A stretch of 64,000 nucleotides of DNA from Lama guanicoe (taxonomy: Eukaryota), in contig MU054166.1 in the NCBI GenBank assembly GCA_013239625.1, forward strand, positions 219,035 through 283,034, written 5' to 3'. Shown here piece by piece: positions 1-12,329 of the stretch. Numbering within the stretch: position 1 is the stretch's first letter; each line of letters starts with the position of its first letter. The notes under the pieces were generated by a model, which was not told the DNA's origin, did no database searches, and saw only the letters and a program-made list of their open reading frames with translations. Both the position numbers and the translations under genes were made by a program.

Positions 1-1050
1 TTTCAGTCTCTTTGGTAATGTATCCCTTCTCATCATTTCATTTATTCCTCAGCTCTCTAATCTGCTTTCTTTGTTTTGTTTCTTGTATTGAGTTTCTGTA
101 TGACACCTATTTGGATTCTCTATTAGTTATCTGGCAATACACCATGACTTTAAGTTTGTCTGCTGCAGGGTTGACATTGTGTGTTTGTGTGTGTGCAGGT
201 GCGTGTGCGTGTGTGTCAGTGTCGGTGTCTGTGTGTGTGCATCTGTGTGTGTGTGTGCCCTATAATGTTACTGTGATTGATCATGATCTTGATAAATTAT
301 TGCTCTGATGACACTAAATAACAGATTTGAAGTTGGAGTCCTTGTTTTTGTTTTCTGGTAGCTTTCAATATTACACAATATTTGGTTTTACTTACCTGAG
401 TTACCTCTGATAATATTTCAAAATGGCACTTTCCAGTCGCTACTGTCTGAATAAAAGATGTGATTTCATTGTCACTTCTTAGACTTCTCTGGTAGTTAAT
501 GCCACTGTTCTCACTGGGACGTAGAACCCTTCTTTTATCTGATATCCCATGAGAATCAGTGTACACATTGAGAAAAGGTGTAAAGACAGGTGGGTATTTG
601 GAATCACGCAAGTGCCTTTGCCATGTCCAGTGTTGCAAGGTATCTTGTCTCCACCACTGTGAATGGGGAGTAGGGACATTTTCATGAATGTCTGAGTGTC
701 TGAAGGATGGAATTTCTGTCTCCATTGTGGCTCCCTCCTAGTTACCTGTGATCATGAGTACTGGTGCAGTTGGGGGCCGAAGCTGTGTGAACCACTGATA
801 CCCTGTTTCTACTGTGTTCTCTGAACTTGTGGACTCAGATCTCCTATTCAGGGGGCCTTGGTTGCAGACACCAACTCTGCTCTTCCCTCATATCAGCCTC
901 CTTTGTGTGTTTAATCCACCGGAATTTACCTGTTCTCATGCGTCCTGGAGTATTATTTTTTGTTGTAGTTATTTTTGTTCAGATGTCAAAGTTTCACTGA
1001 CTGTAGATGTAAGGGGAGAGACAAAAAGATTTTAAACTTATATCACTTTT
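1..1050 (-). mobile_element. Old LINE-1 fragment, ORF1 N-terminus and 5'UTR
   Basis: Paralog of 33969-35035, which continues an antisense L1 ORF1-like stretch starting at ~32990. Boundaries approximate. Confidence 0.5.
177..257. repeat. Imperfect (TG)n microsatellite
   Basis: Visible tgtgtg runs; paralog at ~34146-34236. Confidence 0.9.
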
Positions 1051-1269
1051 AAAAGTATATACTTTTTCAATTAAAAGCTTAAATTCTACTAAGGACCTTA
1101 TAAGAACACTAAAGAAAGTGAAAAAATCACCTCCCTTAATATTATAGTACTACAAAATATTTTGATTTTCCAGAGTTCTTTTCTTCAATGTTTTTCCCAC
1201 ATACATGCACATTTTACTAAAATATATCCCTATAATCTCTTTAAAATCAATTAAATTATTAAAATATTT

Positions 1270-2900
1270 CTCTATGCTGTAAATATAGCACTGTTGGTTC
1301 TATAATTTATTACAAGTAGCTTGCAAATTTCTGTCTTCTCCATCCTACTTCCCTTTCCCCACTGGAAACCAATTCTTGGTACAGTACACATATACATGTG
1401 ATTCTTTTTCTGTTTGTTTTATGATTATTTCTCTTATATCTTTATTTCCCTCATTTAAGTGACAACATAGAGTGTTTTTCTCTCTGTATGACTTATTTTC
1501 CTATGTGCAACACTCTCTGGGTCCAGTCACATTGTTCCAAATGGCAGAATTTTATTTTTTAATATACAATGACTAAGTATTTATTATGTTATCTATATCT
1601 CACATCTATTTCAGCCAATCATCTGTTGATGGGCAGTTGAGTTGAGCTTCTATCCTTGGCTACTATAAATGATGATGTTAAGAACATTGGGATAATATAT
1701 TCTTTAAGTTAATCATTACTTTTTTTTCAGATTTATACCAAAAACTGGAATTGCTGCAACATATAATACTTCTATTTCTAGTTTTCTGGGCACTGTCCAC
1801 ACTTTTATAATAATGGATACATCAATTTATGTTTCCCCCAACAGTGTATGTGGGATCCCACTTATCGACATTTTTATTAATGTTTTCATTTGTAGACTTT
1901 TTGTTAATAGCCATTTTGGTTGCTGTAAGATTATATTTCATTCTGGTATTGTTATATGTTTTCCTAATGAATAGCAAAGTTATGTTTCTTTTTATGTGCA
2001 TGAAAATCATACACATGTCATTTTTCAAAAGTTTCCATGAAGATTCTTCAGCAAAGTTATTTTTTATGTGCATGAAAATCATACACATGTCATTTTTCAA
2101 AAGTTTCCATGAAGATTCTTCAACTGTTTTTAATTTGAGGTCTTTAATTTTTAAATATTGAGTCTAATATTCTATATATAATTATGGATATTAACATCTT
2201 GTTGGTCACATTGTCTGAAATTTTTCCTTCTATTCTGTCTGTTATCATACGTCTTGTTGAAGGTTTCCTTTGCTCTGCAAAAGGTTTTGTACTTCACACT
2301 TATACAAGAAATAGAATCCCTGTATGGAATAATGCATCTATTTTTTCCTCAGTAAACTAAAAACTGTAATTGTTAGTTTTCCTTTTTTTAATTTGGAGAT
2401 AGATCAAAAATAATGATTGCTATGATTTATCTCAAAGTCAGTTCTGCTCCTGTTCTTGGTCAGAAATTGTATAGTTTCAGGCTTTACATTTAGGAAATTA
2501 ATCCATTTTTATCTCATTTTTATACTATGGAAGGAAGTGCTTTTACAACTTCCTTTTATATGTACTGTCTTGTTTTGTCACAACTAGTTGCTGAAGAGAA
2601 TGTCTGTTTTCATTGTACACTCTTGCCTCCTTCTTTGTTGACTAATTGACCATATGTGTGTGGGTTTATTTATGGATTCTTCATTTTGTTCCACTGATCT
2701 ATGTGCTTCTATAAGTGCCATATTTTTATGTATTGATTACTGTAGCTTTGTAGTATGTTCTAAACTCAGGGATGGTAATACCCACAACTTTTACATTTTT
2801 CAACATAATTTTAGAAAATTTGGGTCTTTCAGATATATGTATAAATTTTATAATTTTTCTCCTTGTTTTTGTGAAGTAACTTATGGATTTTGTGAAAATA
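1270..2900 (-). mobile_element. LINE-1 3'UTR and ORF2 C-terminal fragment
   Basis: Typical antisense L1 3' text (catctgttgatgggcag...ttggctactataaat, gattactgtagctttgtagta). Confidence 0.85.
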
Positions 2901-5530
2901 GAAATTTACTAAAAGAAAAAACCTGAGAAAAATAATAAAGTTTGGAGGATAAATCATACATTATTAACAACAAATGGATTACTGTATAAAGCATAGGAAA
3001 AATATATAAAGAGAAATGACAACAAAAACCAAATCCATGGGGTATAACAAAAGAAATATTAATAGGGGTGCTTATAGCAAAATAATCCCAGTTATACAAA
3101 TAGGAAACATCTCTCTCTTATAATATATCCTTACCGCCCAAAGACGTAGCAAAATAATTAAAAAAACTTGATAGTAGAAGGAAAGACATCTGAAAGGACA
3201 GAACATAAATNNNNNNNNNNNNNNNNNNNNNNNNNNNNNNNNNNNNNNNNNNNNNNNNNNNNNNNNNNNNNNNNNNNNNNNNNNNNNNNNNNNNNNNNNN
3301 NNNNNNNNNNNNNNNATAGAGAGTTTTAATAAGCTTAGAAATAAATGAGAAATTAAAGCTTATATCAAAGAAATACAAAGCATCATAAAATGATACAACA
3401 AATTATATGCCAATCAAATGGTAACCCTAGAATAAAAGGACCATTTCTTAGAAAGACTTAATCTCCATAATGGAATGAGAAAGAAAATATGACCAGATTA
3501 TCACTAATAATATTGAATAAGTATTTTAATAAAATCTCCCAAGAATAAAAATTCCAGGCCTATAGAGCTTCACAGGTGCTTTCAGCCAAACATTTAGAGA
3601 AGAGCTATCACCTATACTTCTCAGAGAATACCAAAAATTTTTAGAGGAAGGGAGACTTTCTACCCCACATTTCTGTATCACATTACTACTAGAACTGGAA
3701 CAAATACCTCAAAAAATTACAGGTTAAATACTATTGATAAGTATAGATGCAGAACTAACCACTAAATTGTTAACAAATCCAACAATACATTAAGAGGATT
3801 TTACATTATGATTAAGTATATTTCATTCCAGGGATGCAAAAGTGATTCAATACCCACAAATTAATCAGTATGATACACCACACAAACAACCTGAAGAATA
3901 AAAATTATATGGNNNNNNNNNNNNNNNNNNNNNNNNNNNNNNNNNNNNNNNNNNNNNNNNNNNNNNNNNNNNNNNNNNNNNNNNNNNNNNNNNNNNNNNN
4001 NNNNNNNNNNNNNNNNNNNNNNNNNNNNNNNNNNNNNNNNNNNNNNNNNNNNNNNNNNNNNNNNNNNNNNNNNNNNNNNNNNNNNNNNNNNNNNNNNNNN
4101 NNNNNNNNNNNNNNNNNNNNNNNNNNNNNNNNNNNNNNNNNNNNNNNNNNNNNNNNNNNNNNNNNNNNNNNNNNNNNNNNNNNNNNNNNNNNNNNNNNNN
4201 NNNNNNNNNNNNNNNNNNNNNNNNNNNNNNNNNNNNNNNNNNNNNNNNNNNNNNNNNNNNNNNNNNNNNNNNNNNNNNNNNNNNNNNNNNNNNNNNNNNN
4301 NNNNNNNNNNNNNNNNNNNNNNNNNNNNNNNNNNNNNNNNNNNNNNNNNNNNNNNNNNNNNNNNNNNNNNNNNNNNNNNNNNNNNNNNNNNNNNNNNNNN
4401 NNNNNNNNNNNNNNNNNNNNNNNNNAAGCTACAGATAATGGAACACAACAGAATGCCTGAATATGAAATCAGACAGTTATGGTCATTTAGCCCAGTACAA
4501 AAAATGAATATACAGTGGGGGAAAGGTAAACACCAGGCACATGAAACCGATCAATATCACGAACCATCAGAACAATCTAAGTCCAAAACACAATGAGACT
4601 TTATGTCACTCCTGTCAGAATGACTATTATCAAAAAGATAACAAACATAACTGTTGGTTAGGATGTAAGGAAAACCACCCTGATGCACTGCTGGAGTGAA
4701 TGTAAATATGTGATGCCACTGTGGAAAACAACGTGGCGCTTTATATAAAAATTAAACATGAAATATAATCCAAAATATTCATTTTGGGATACTTATTACA
4801 AGAAAATAAAAACACTAATTAGAAAAGATAAATTCAACCCTATATTCACTGCAGCATTATCCACAATAGACAGGATATAGAAGCAAATTAATTGCTCATC
4901 AATAGATGATGGATAAAGAAGATGTGTCTTTATAGTATATATATCTATCCAACTTAATTAAGTACAGATTAATCTATATATATATATACACACACACACT
5001 TTATATATATATATATGCACTAAATATATATATATATGAACAATCACACATAAAGAATCAATGGGTTATTACTCAGCTCTAAAAAGAATAATTTCTTGCC
5101 ATTTGCAACAAAGGGAAGACCGTGAGGGAAATATGCTAAGTGAAATATGTCTAAAATTGAATGAGAAATGCCGAATGATTTACTCATGTTTGGAATTTAA
5201 AACAAATGAACATAACAACACAGAAAATAAATTATTGATATAGAAAGAAACAGGTTGTTCACAAGAAGGAGGGTAATGGTGTGAGGAAAAGAAAATTTGA
5301 GGAAATTAAGAGAGAAAATTTTCCAGTTGTAAATTAAATGAGTCAGGGACAAGAAATGTACTGAATGGGGAATAGCCAATAACTATTAAATATCTTTAAA
5401 TAGCAACATATCATAACCAGAAATAAACTGGTGAACAGTTTGAAATATATTAAAAACGGCAAACAGTATGTTGTGAAAGAGAAACTAACACAGTGTTATA
5501 GATAATTCTACACTTCAAAAACAAAAAAGC
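2900..5530 (+). mobile_element. LINE-1 ORF2 fragments and 3'UTR, decayed, with gaps
   Basis: RT-region text (ccagggatgcaaaagtgattcaatacccacaaattaatcagtatgatacaccac) and 3'UTR motifs; internal (TA)n/(CA)n at ~4975-5038. Confidence 0.85.
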
Positions 5531-5539
5531 ATACATATA

Positions 5540-5915
5540 GAAAAAAATTAGATTTGTAGTTAACAGAGGCAGGGGTTGGTAAAGGAGAATTTGATTAATG
5601 CACTCAAAGGTACAAACATCCAGTGGTAAAATAATCGTGTTCTAGGGATGCCCCATAGTAACATGAAAATTAAAATTAATACTGATTTATGTTCTATATC
5701 AATGTTGTTAAGAGAGTAGACCATAATGTTTCTCATCACAACCAAAAGACAAATTGAATTCCTTTGCAATTTTATCTAAATGAGATAATGAATTCTCCCT
5801 AAAGTTGCTATGATATTTATTTCATGACACTTGTAAATAATATCACTATCATGTGCACCTAAACTTACACAATGTTTTATGCCAATTATATCTAAATAAG
5901 ATCAGAAGAAAAAAT
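5540..5915 (+). mobile_element. Old L1M-type 3' end
   Basis: aaaggtacaaac...aagagagtagac...cacctaaacttacacaatgtttta...tatctaaataa, followed by an A-rich tail. Confidence 0.7.
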
Positions 5916-6963
5916 GGAAATCAATTGTTGCTTTTTCCCATGTCATTTCTAATGATTTATTTGCAGCAAGAAACTTTATTCATGATATACTTATCCTGGG
6001 AAAAGATACTAATCAGTAAGTGATTCTAATAAATTTTACGTAAAGATACTAATAAAATTAGTGTTTTACCATGCCTTAAACTTTCTTCAAGTTAACAGCC
6101 CACTGGTTCTGTAGGCAACAAAATTTCACTTTGTGTATTCATCTGAGATTAGGGAATGGATACAAATTTAAAACTGGCTGCTCTTACTGTGAGTGAGAAA
6201 GTTCACTGTCTCAGACAGAAAGTCACATTTCCACGAGAGCATCTCTGAGAAATGAAAATGCTAGGTTGCTAAAAATCTCAGAATGTTGAAATATCAGAAC
6301 TCCTACAATTCTTAACTGTTTTGCAATGGGAATGCAATACTGACAAAGACTTAATTTTGGATAACAATGTGCTGTTTTCTCATGTTTGCATTATGTGATG
6401 TGAGGATAATCCCTCAGATCCACAACAAATTTTATCGCTCAAGTGCTGGGCATAGAACTGTAAAGGTTCTGCATTTTTAGGACTGAGGACTGCTTTCAAA
6501 ATGATGACTAAGCTCACTCTAATCCAGGTAGTCCAAAGAAAGAAAAGCTATTTCAATTTGTAGCTTAAAGGGAATAAATCAGCGGTTCAGTCTCTATATA
6601 TTAGTCAAGGTGTGTTCAAAGACAAATTAAGTTGCGTTATCAATGATAATGAAAAGAAAAAAATTAGACATAAGCTTAAATTAAAAAGGAGACACAGTCC
6701 AGTGCTGGGCTTTGGGGACTGGAGAATGTATATGCCTCTGTCCAATACAAGGGTTCAGTGGCTTGGCCCTAGCATTAGCCTGTGATTCAATGAACAGGTA
6801 ACAATTAGTATACTGGGAGAAATATAATCTACCTATCCCTCATCGGAAGAAAATCTGGTGGCTCAATGAACCTCTTAATTCACAGAAGTTCTGCCAGATG
6901 CGGAGGAATATTTCACTGATGACTCAACTAAGACACACTTAGTTACAGTTTAACAATACATTT

Positions 6964-6982
6964 TCACACACACACACACACA
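6964..6982. repeat. (CA)n microsatellite
   Basis: cacacacacacacacaca; shorter paralog at ~41289-41302. Confidence 0.85.
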
Positions 6983-9279
6983 GCGGTAGACAGATTTGTA
7001 GTATTTAGTGGGAAGAAATCATTGGGCTGAGCTCTGAGAATAGGTTTAAAACACCAGCAAACTTTTGTAGTTTTGCCAATAGTCTAGCTTTTCCCAGGTA
7101 GAAAATTATAGATGGACAAACAATATTCTTCTTTAGGATTTCTAATTTTTAAAGTAAACTGTAGCTTTTGAATTATCAGTATAGAAACTTGTTATGATGA
7201 TCACAGTAAGACCCACTGTGTGATAATAGAGCTGGAAACTAGCTGCTGAACCAGCACTTCAGAACCCCAGACTGCTAATGTAAGCAAAAAAATATTCGCC
7301 ATCATAGTTCAGCTGACAAACTTAAAAGCTCGATGTTTCAGTTTTAGGAAGAACCACTGCTGTCCAGACACAGAACTCCTGCTGCAAGTGGGCCCTTTTC
7401 TTCTCTTGGTAAAAGTCATATTGGTGGGATGTTGCTAGAGCTTACCCTGGTCCATACTTACCCTGGTTGCCCATTCTCCAGATTATCAAAGTCTTTTTCA
7501 CAAATGGTGACACATTTTCAGGTCTCAATGTTGCCATTCCAGTCTTATCAGCTGACACTGGCTGCATGATTGTGAGCAGAGCCTTAGGCTCCCTGACCTT
7601 GCCTACTGTTTTCCAGCATTTCAGGGCATTTCACATTCTGAAAATGCTTCAAATTTTAATTTAGATTAATGTCAAATATTAAAAGTCTTCCATGAATATT
7701 TATATTTCCTTATATCTGCAGAAATTTGGTATTTTTGCAGTTGGACAAATTTTTAATTCTACCACCCTCACCTCTTTTTAGTCCACACATTTTAGATTGC
7801 AATTTGGTTACTGAATATGACCACCCCAACCAAGGGTCTAGTATCTTTTAGATACTTACTGTGTGAAGGTTAGAAAGGACATAATTTATGTGGGGTGTAT
7901 AATCCTGCAGTAAATGTTTTAGATAACACTGTCTTTTCTGGACAAATCTCTGATTCTAAGAAAAAAATTAATTAGAAGGCAGTATATTTATTGGTAAGGG
8001 GAAGAGTATCAGTTATTTTGGGGTGGGTGGGTGATGAAGAGACAGGAAAAAAAATCCAGCAAATGAGAATGGAATGCTTTATGCCTCTGCAGGCATGAAT
8101 TAAGAAGAAAATAATACTTTGTCTCCTATACCTTCCTCAAATTACTGTCTTCGGTGACTAGTACTTGGACTATGAAAATAGCCAGTTTGTGGTGAATAGT
8201 AAAGACCATAACGAAATAGTTTGAAAACCATGAGAGTTTTGTTGTTTCAGGAAGGTAGATTTGCTTAAAGTCAACATGTATTTTTCATTCTCTAAATAAT
8301 AAAATGCATCCTGTCGCACTTGTTGTGCTTACTGTGTTGGTATCCAAGTTAGACAAGGAAAGGGGGATAGACAGAGAACATCTGGAGGAGGTGGTTTCTG
8401 TGCTGAGACTGGGAAAATCTAAGTAGGTAAAAGGAGGACATCCAAAGTCCAAGGATGAGCTGGAGCAAAAGTTGTGCGGTTGGAGCTTAAATAGTTGACA
8501 AGCATTTGCCTTGATGTATCTCCAGAAACAGAGAAACATAAAGATATGCCAAGGTTGCCAGATGCCAGATGTATAAAAAATGACTAAACTATGTTGAGTT
8601 TGTGGGCTTAGAGTTGGAAAGGCATTAATTGCCACTCTGTGGATGTAAGCTTGTCTTTGGCTGGAACATAAAAGCAAGATAAAGTATTGACTATAAAATA
8701 TAGCGTAGACTCTTGAGGGCAGGTTAAGAAAGCACCAATTGGAATGCTTTGAGAACAGCACAAAGAAGACCATAGATAAAATTATTCTTATATTCTACCA
8801 CATGCTGAATGTGCCATCTGAGAATAGATCATATGACATTTTTGATTCCAGAGATGACATAATAGAGACCATGATCCCAGGGCCGGTTCCTGCATTTATC
8901 TTCTGTTCCAACCAATCCTAACTTAACACTTTTAATACTTTCCAGGATGAACCAGAAACCACTTAGTACTTTTCCCTCTCTCCAAGTATTAGTCTTTTTC
9001 CAAATTCTTCCATTTTCTCTTCTTACTTACAAGAAATTATTAAAATTTACACAGATATTGTTCCATCAAATGATCATGTCATTCAAATATCTCTTTTTTT
9101 CTTTAAATGGTAACTTAGTCCCCCGTTTAACTCATTACACTATTTAAAAAATATAAGGAAAATACAGGTACACATCTATGTTTGTTGCTCAAATAAGAAA
9201 ATTGCAGAAAGTTGTTGACATTTGCCAACATCAATATCAATCTTTGTTATCCTGCATAATCTGGTAGTCCTCTGGAAGA

Positions 9280-10959
9280 TCAGTTGTAATTAAGATGACG
9301 TTCATAAAATGAAGATGGCTGATGATTTGGCCTTGAAAGAGAGGTAGCTGATGTATCAGCTATCACTATCACTGGAAACCGTGGATTGTTCCCTGGTTGA
9401 AGTTTAGAAAAACGACCTTCATTGGCAGATAATTTGTGATTTTTTTGGAAAAGAAGAAGGTTCCACCGGTAGTCCAAAATAATTGCTCTGTATGGGAGAC
9501 AAGATGCTGTTCTAAGAAGTACAGGTTGTAGTTGTAATGAAGTTCACAACACGGCCATTTGCTTCAGTGTACCTGCTTTGAGAGTGCCAGTGGTCTGGAC
9601 AGTGGTCAACTGATTTAATATAGCATGTTGATCCACTGCAATTTGTTCTGGTGGTCTAACTGACATTGATAATGGAGGAGAAAAATCACCTCTGATCGGG
9701 GTAGTTGTATCACCAATTATGTGGTTAGTAGACGGCTTTCTTATTAGAGTCATGTTTAAATTTGCAGAAAGTAAAAATTCACTTTCTCCACTAGTGTCAG
9801 CCACAAAATAAGAATTATGATTTTGCACATTACCCCCTGCTTTAAAGTGCTTCTTGTTGAAATTTTCAGTCAATGAAGACACCAGAGAGGAATTTTTAAT
9901 CCCAACTCTTCTTTTTATTCTCACTAAACCTGGGGACAGCCTCGTTTAAAATTTGCATTATGGCAGAACTGCAGCTACAACAATAGGAGAAAAATTTTAG
10001 TAATATTTTAAGCCAAAATACAAGACTACAATAAGAATAACCTACAAAATCTCAGATTTCACGTTTACTATGCAAACATAATATCATGAAAATTTAAAAA
10101 CTGCTGACAATATTTTGAAATTCCTTATTTAGAATATACACATTTAAATAGTATAGTCATCAAATTTAAGAAATCAGAATTTGCAGTAACGGTGAAAGCC
10201 ACTTTTTAAAAGCAGCTTTAATATCTGTATTTAGATTTCTGTTAAGATTCATAGTTGCTAGGAAAGTTTCTCATAATCTTGAATACTTAAGGCACTTTCC
10301 TCATTTTTAGAAAAAATAAAGAATTTAAGCCTTTGTTGTTTTATATAATTATCAAAATCTAGCTTTACATTTATATTACCATAGATTGATGTACAAAGTA
10401 AAACTTTATATATACGTTACCAAGTCATAACTACAAATACTGAATTCCTTGCTTAAAACAGAGACTTCCTTTTCTTCTGTCACAAAGTCAGCTAGACAAG
10501 CAGATCTTTGAAAATTCTGCCGGACTTTACTAAACCCATAAATGTTAAGCTGCCTAAGTAAACTTCTCATATTTCCAGTTTCAAATATTCTGAAAGGGGC
10601 CTTTCTATCCAAAACTTCCTTCTTAAAGACATCTTCATCAGTCACTATGGAAGATCCATTATCATTCCACCAGATAGATTTAAATTTCTCACTTCCAGAC
10701 ATTTTCCAGAGTTTTCTTGGAAATGTCAAATAATGAAAATTATTATCTTCATCTGGTTCAGAGACACAATGTGTGTAACATGGTGTTTTTATCAAGGATT
10801 CTCCAGACAAATTCTGAAAAACTTTTTCTTCAATCTTAGACCTCAAGACAAGTCCCCAGGGAATGTTTGATCACACAGTAGAGATCTACCAGAGTTTCCT
10901 GAACCAGTTTGTCCAACTTTAGGAGACATATCTTGAATTTATAAAGAAACATGTGCCAT
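9280..10959 (-). pseudogene. HSFY: HSFY pseudogene, copy A (exon 1 10959-10448, intron 10447-9975, exon 2 9974-9280)
   Basis: Translates MAHVSL*IQDMSPK...FPRKLWKM..FKSIWW..RQLNIYGFSKV..SVLSK / LQFCHNANFKRGCPQ..RIKRRVGIKN..FNKKHFKAG..DQHAILNQLTT..HLNYN*, which matches HSFY including the HSF DNA-binding domain. Lesions: TAA at codon 7 (10939-41), -1 at ~10848, donor GT>GA (10446), -1 at ~9928, +5 at ~9590, TAG at 9512-14, -2 at ~9442. Confidence 0.96.
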
Positions 10960-10960
10960 C

Positions 10961-10999
10961 TCAAATAACTTTTTCTACGGCTACTTTTCTAATCTGCAT
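10961..10999 (-). other. 12-codon upstream ORF (MQIRKVAVEKVI*) ending 1 nt before the HSFY ATG
   Basis: ATG CAG ATT AGA...ATT TGA G ATG; conserved in copy B at 45275-45313. Translation is unproven. Confidence 0.5.
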
Positions 11000-11091
11000 G
11001 ATTTTGAGAACTGCAGCTTCAAATGCTGCTCTTGCAGGCCTGCACAGATAAACTGCTAGGCCACCACAATGGTTCTCAACTAGAGTAGATG

Positions 11092-11123
11092 TGACATCAC
11101 AAAACGATTGGTCTCCTAGCAAC
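11092..11123 (-). promoter_or_regulatory. HSFY proximal promoter module: CRE-like TGACATCA, CCAAT box, RFX X-box
   Basis: TGACATCA 11092-99, ATTGG 11107-11, GTCTCCTAGCAAC 11111-23, about 130-165 bp upstream of the ATG. Motif match only. Confidence 0.6.
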
Positions 11124-12329
11124 TCAAGTGTAACATTCAAACAGTGTTTAATTATCATTCGTTCAGTTAGAATGAAACATATAGGATGCTTATTTGTATA
11201 GTGTTATCTGCATATATTATCCCCACAAAATCTTTTCAAATAATTTAATTTTGGGGTCTATGAAATAAAACAAATCTCCATACTTTTGTACACAAATTTA
11301 TACCACATTTGTGAACAGAGAATAAATAATGCACAAAATATATAAAATAATTTTAAAGTTATGTAATTAAAGTGAAATTTGTGTAAAACCTGTTCAGAAA
11401 AGGCATACCTATTTCATTATAATTTGTAATTAAAGTGAAACAATTTGATTTGGAAATGGAAGTAGTTATTTATCTGTTTACTTTAGAATAAGTAACTCTG
11501 TATTCAAAACATGAGCAGAATAATTATCAGTGTATTTGTTATGTTTATAAATAAATGGTAAATATTTGTGAAATAAAACTAGATTCATATAATGAATCAA
11601 ATTTAAGAAATCCCAAAGTGGATTATTTTTGTTTTAAATTGTAATTCAGAGCTATAAGTAAAACAAATGTAATTTAGTATTCTACTTTAAAATTACAATA
11701 CAGAAAATCTTATAGTATACTTACAAAAGTTTACTTTTGCCATTCTTTCACTCAGAGGATTTTCAGTCCCTAGAAGGAATAAATTTTCTTGTCATCTTTA
11801 TAATCCGTACTCTTGAGGCTTCTGTTAAGTGTTCCAAAATGTTGTTGATAAATACACTTATACACAAGATCCTGGGTTCAATTGACAGTGACTCCATTTA
11901 GGGGAAAACAAACAATCAAAAACAAAGAAATAACAGTATATGTGGGTTGGGGTTGAAAAGACCACTTAATGCATTTTAGGAAGCAATATGTTTCTCAATC
12001 CTGAAACAGTAGGCATTTTTAGTATAATGTGTCATTTTTAGGCAAGTGATTTTTACAATAATTGTTAATAATAGCTAGGTACTGTATCATAAAACAGTAG
12101 CAAATGAAGTTCTACCAAAAATTTGTATTCTTTATTTAGACATAAATTCCATTAAACATAAGCCAAATTCAAAAAGAGAGATAAAATTTTTAAATAAAGA
12201 AATATTCACACAAGCTACAATGTATATTTTTCCATCAGTATGTGTATATTCCATTTTAAGTAAATAATAGTAAGCTGAATTCACGGCATATTATAAGTAT
12301 ATAAAATATCATTAAGTTGGATTTAGTCC

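Noticed and set aside
297..725. 142-aa ORF and the related ORF at 34293-34664
   Set aside because: The reading frames differ between units (frameshifted), no domain is recognisable, and it lies in probable L1 5' sequence.
3861..4460. Long ORFs containing X runs (also at 3118, 17234, 36940, 44748, 48259-48607)
   Set aside because: Artefacts of translating through N-gaps.
7455..7466. atacttaccctgg resembling the U1 snRNA 5' end
   Set aside because: The similarity stops after about 12 nt. It is the reverse complement of a donor-like motif, not an RNA gene.
8285..8773. 162-aa minus-strand ORF downstream of HSFY (paralog 42492-42860)
   Set aside because: The frame is not conserved between units and there is no recognisable protein.
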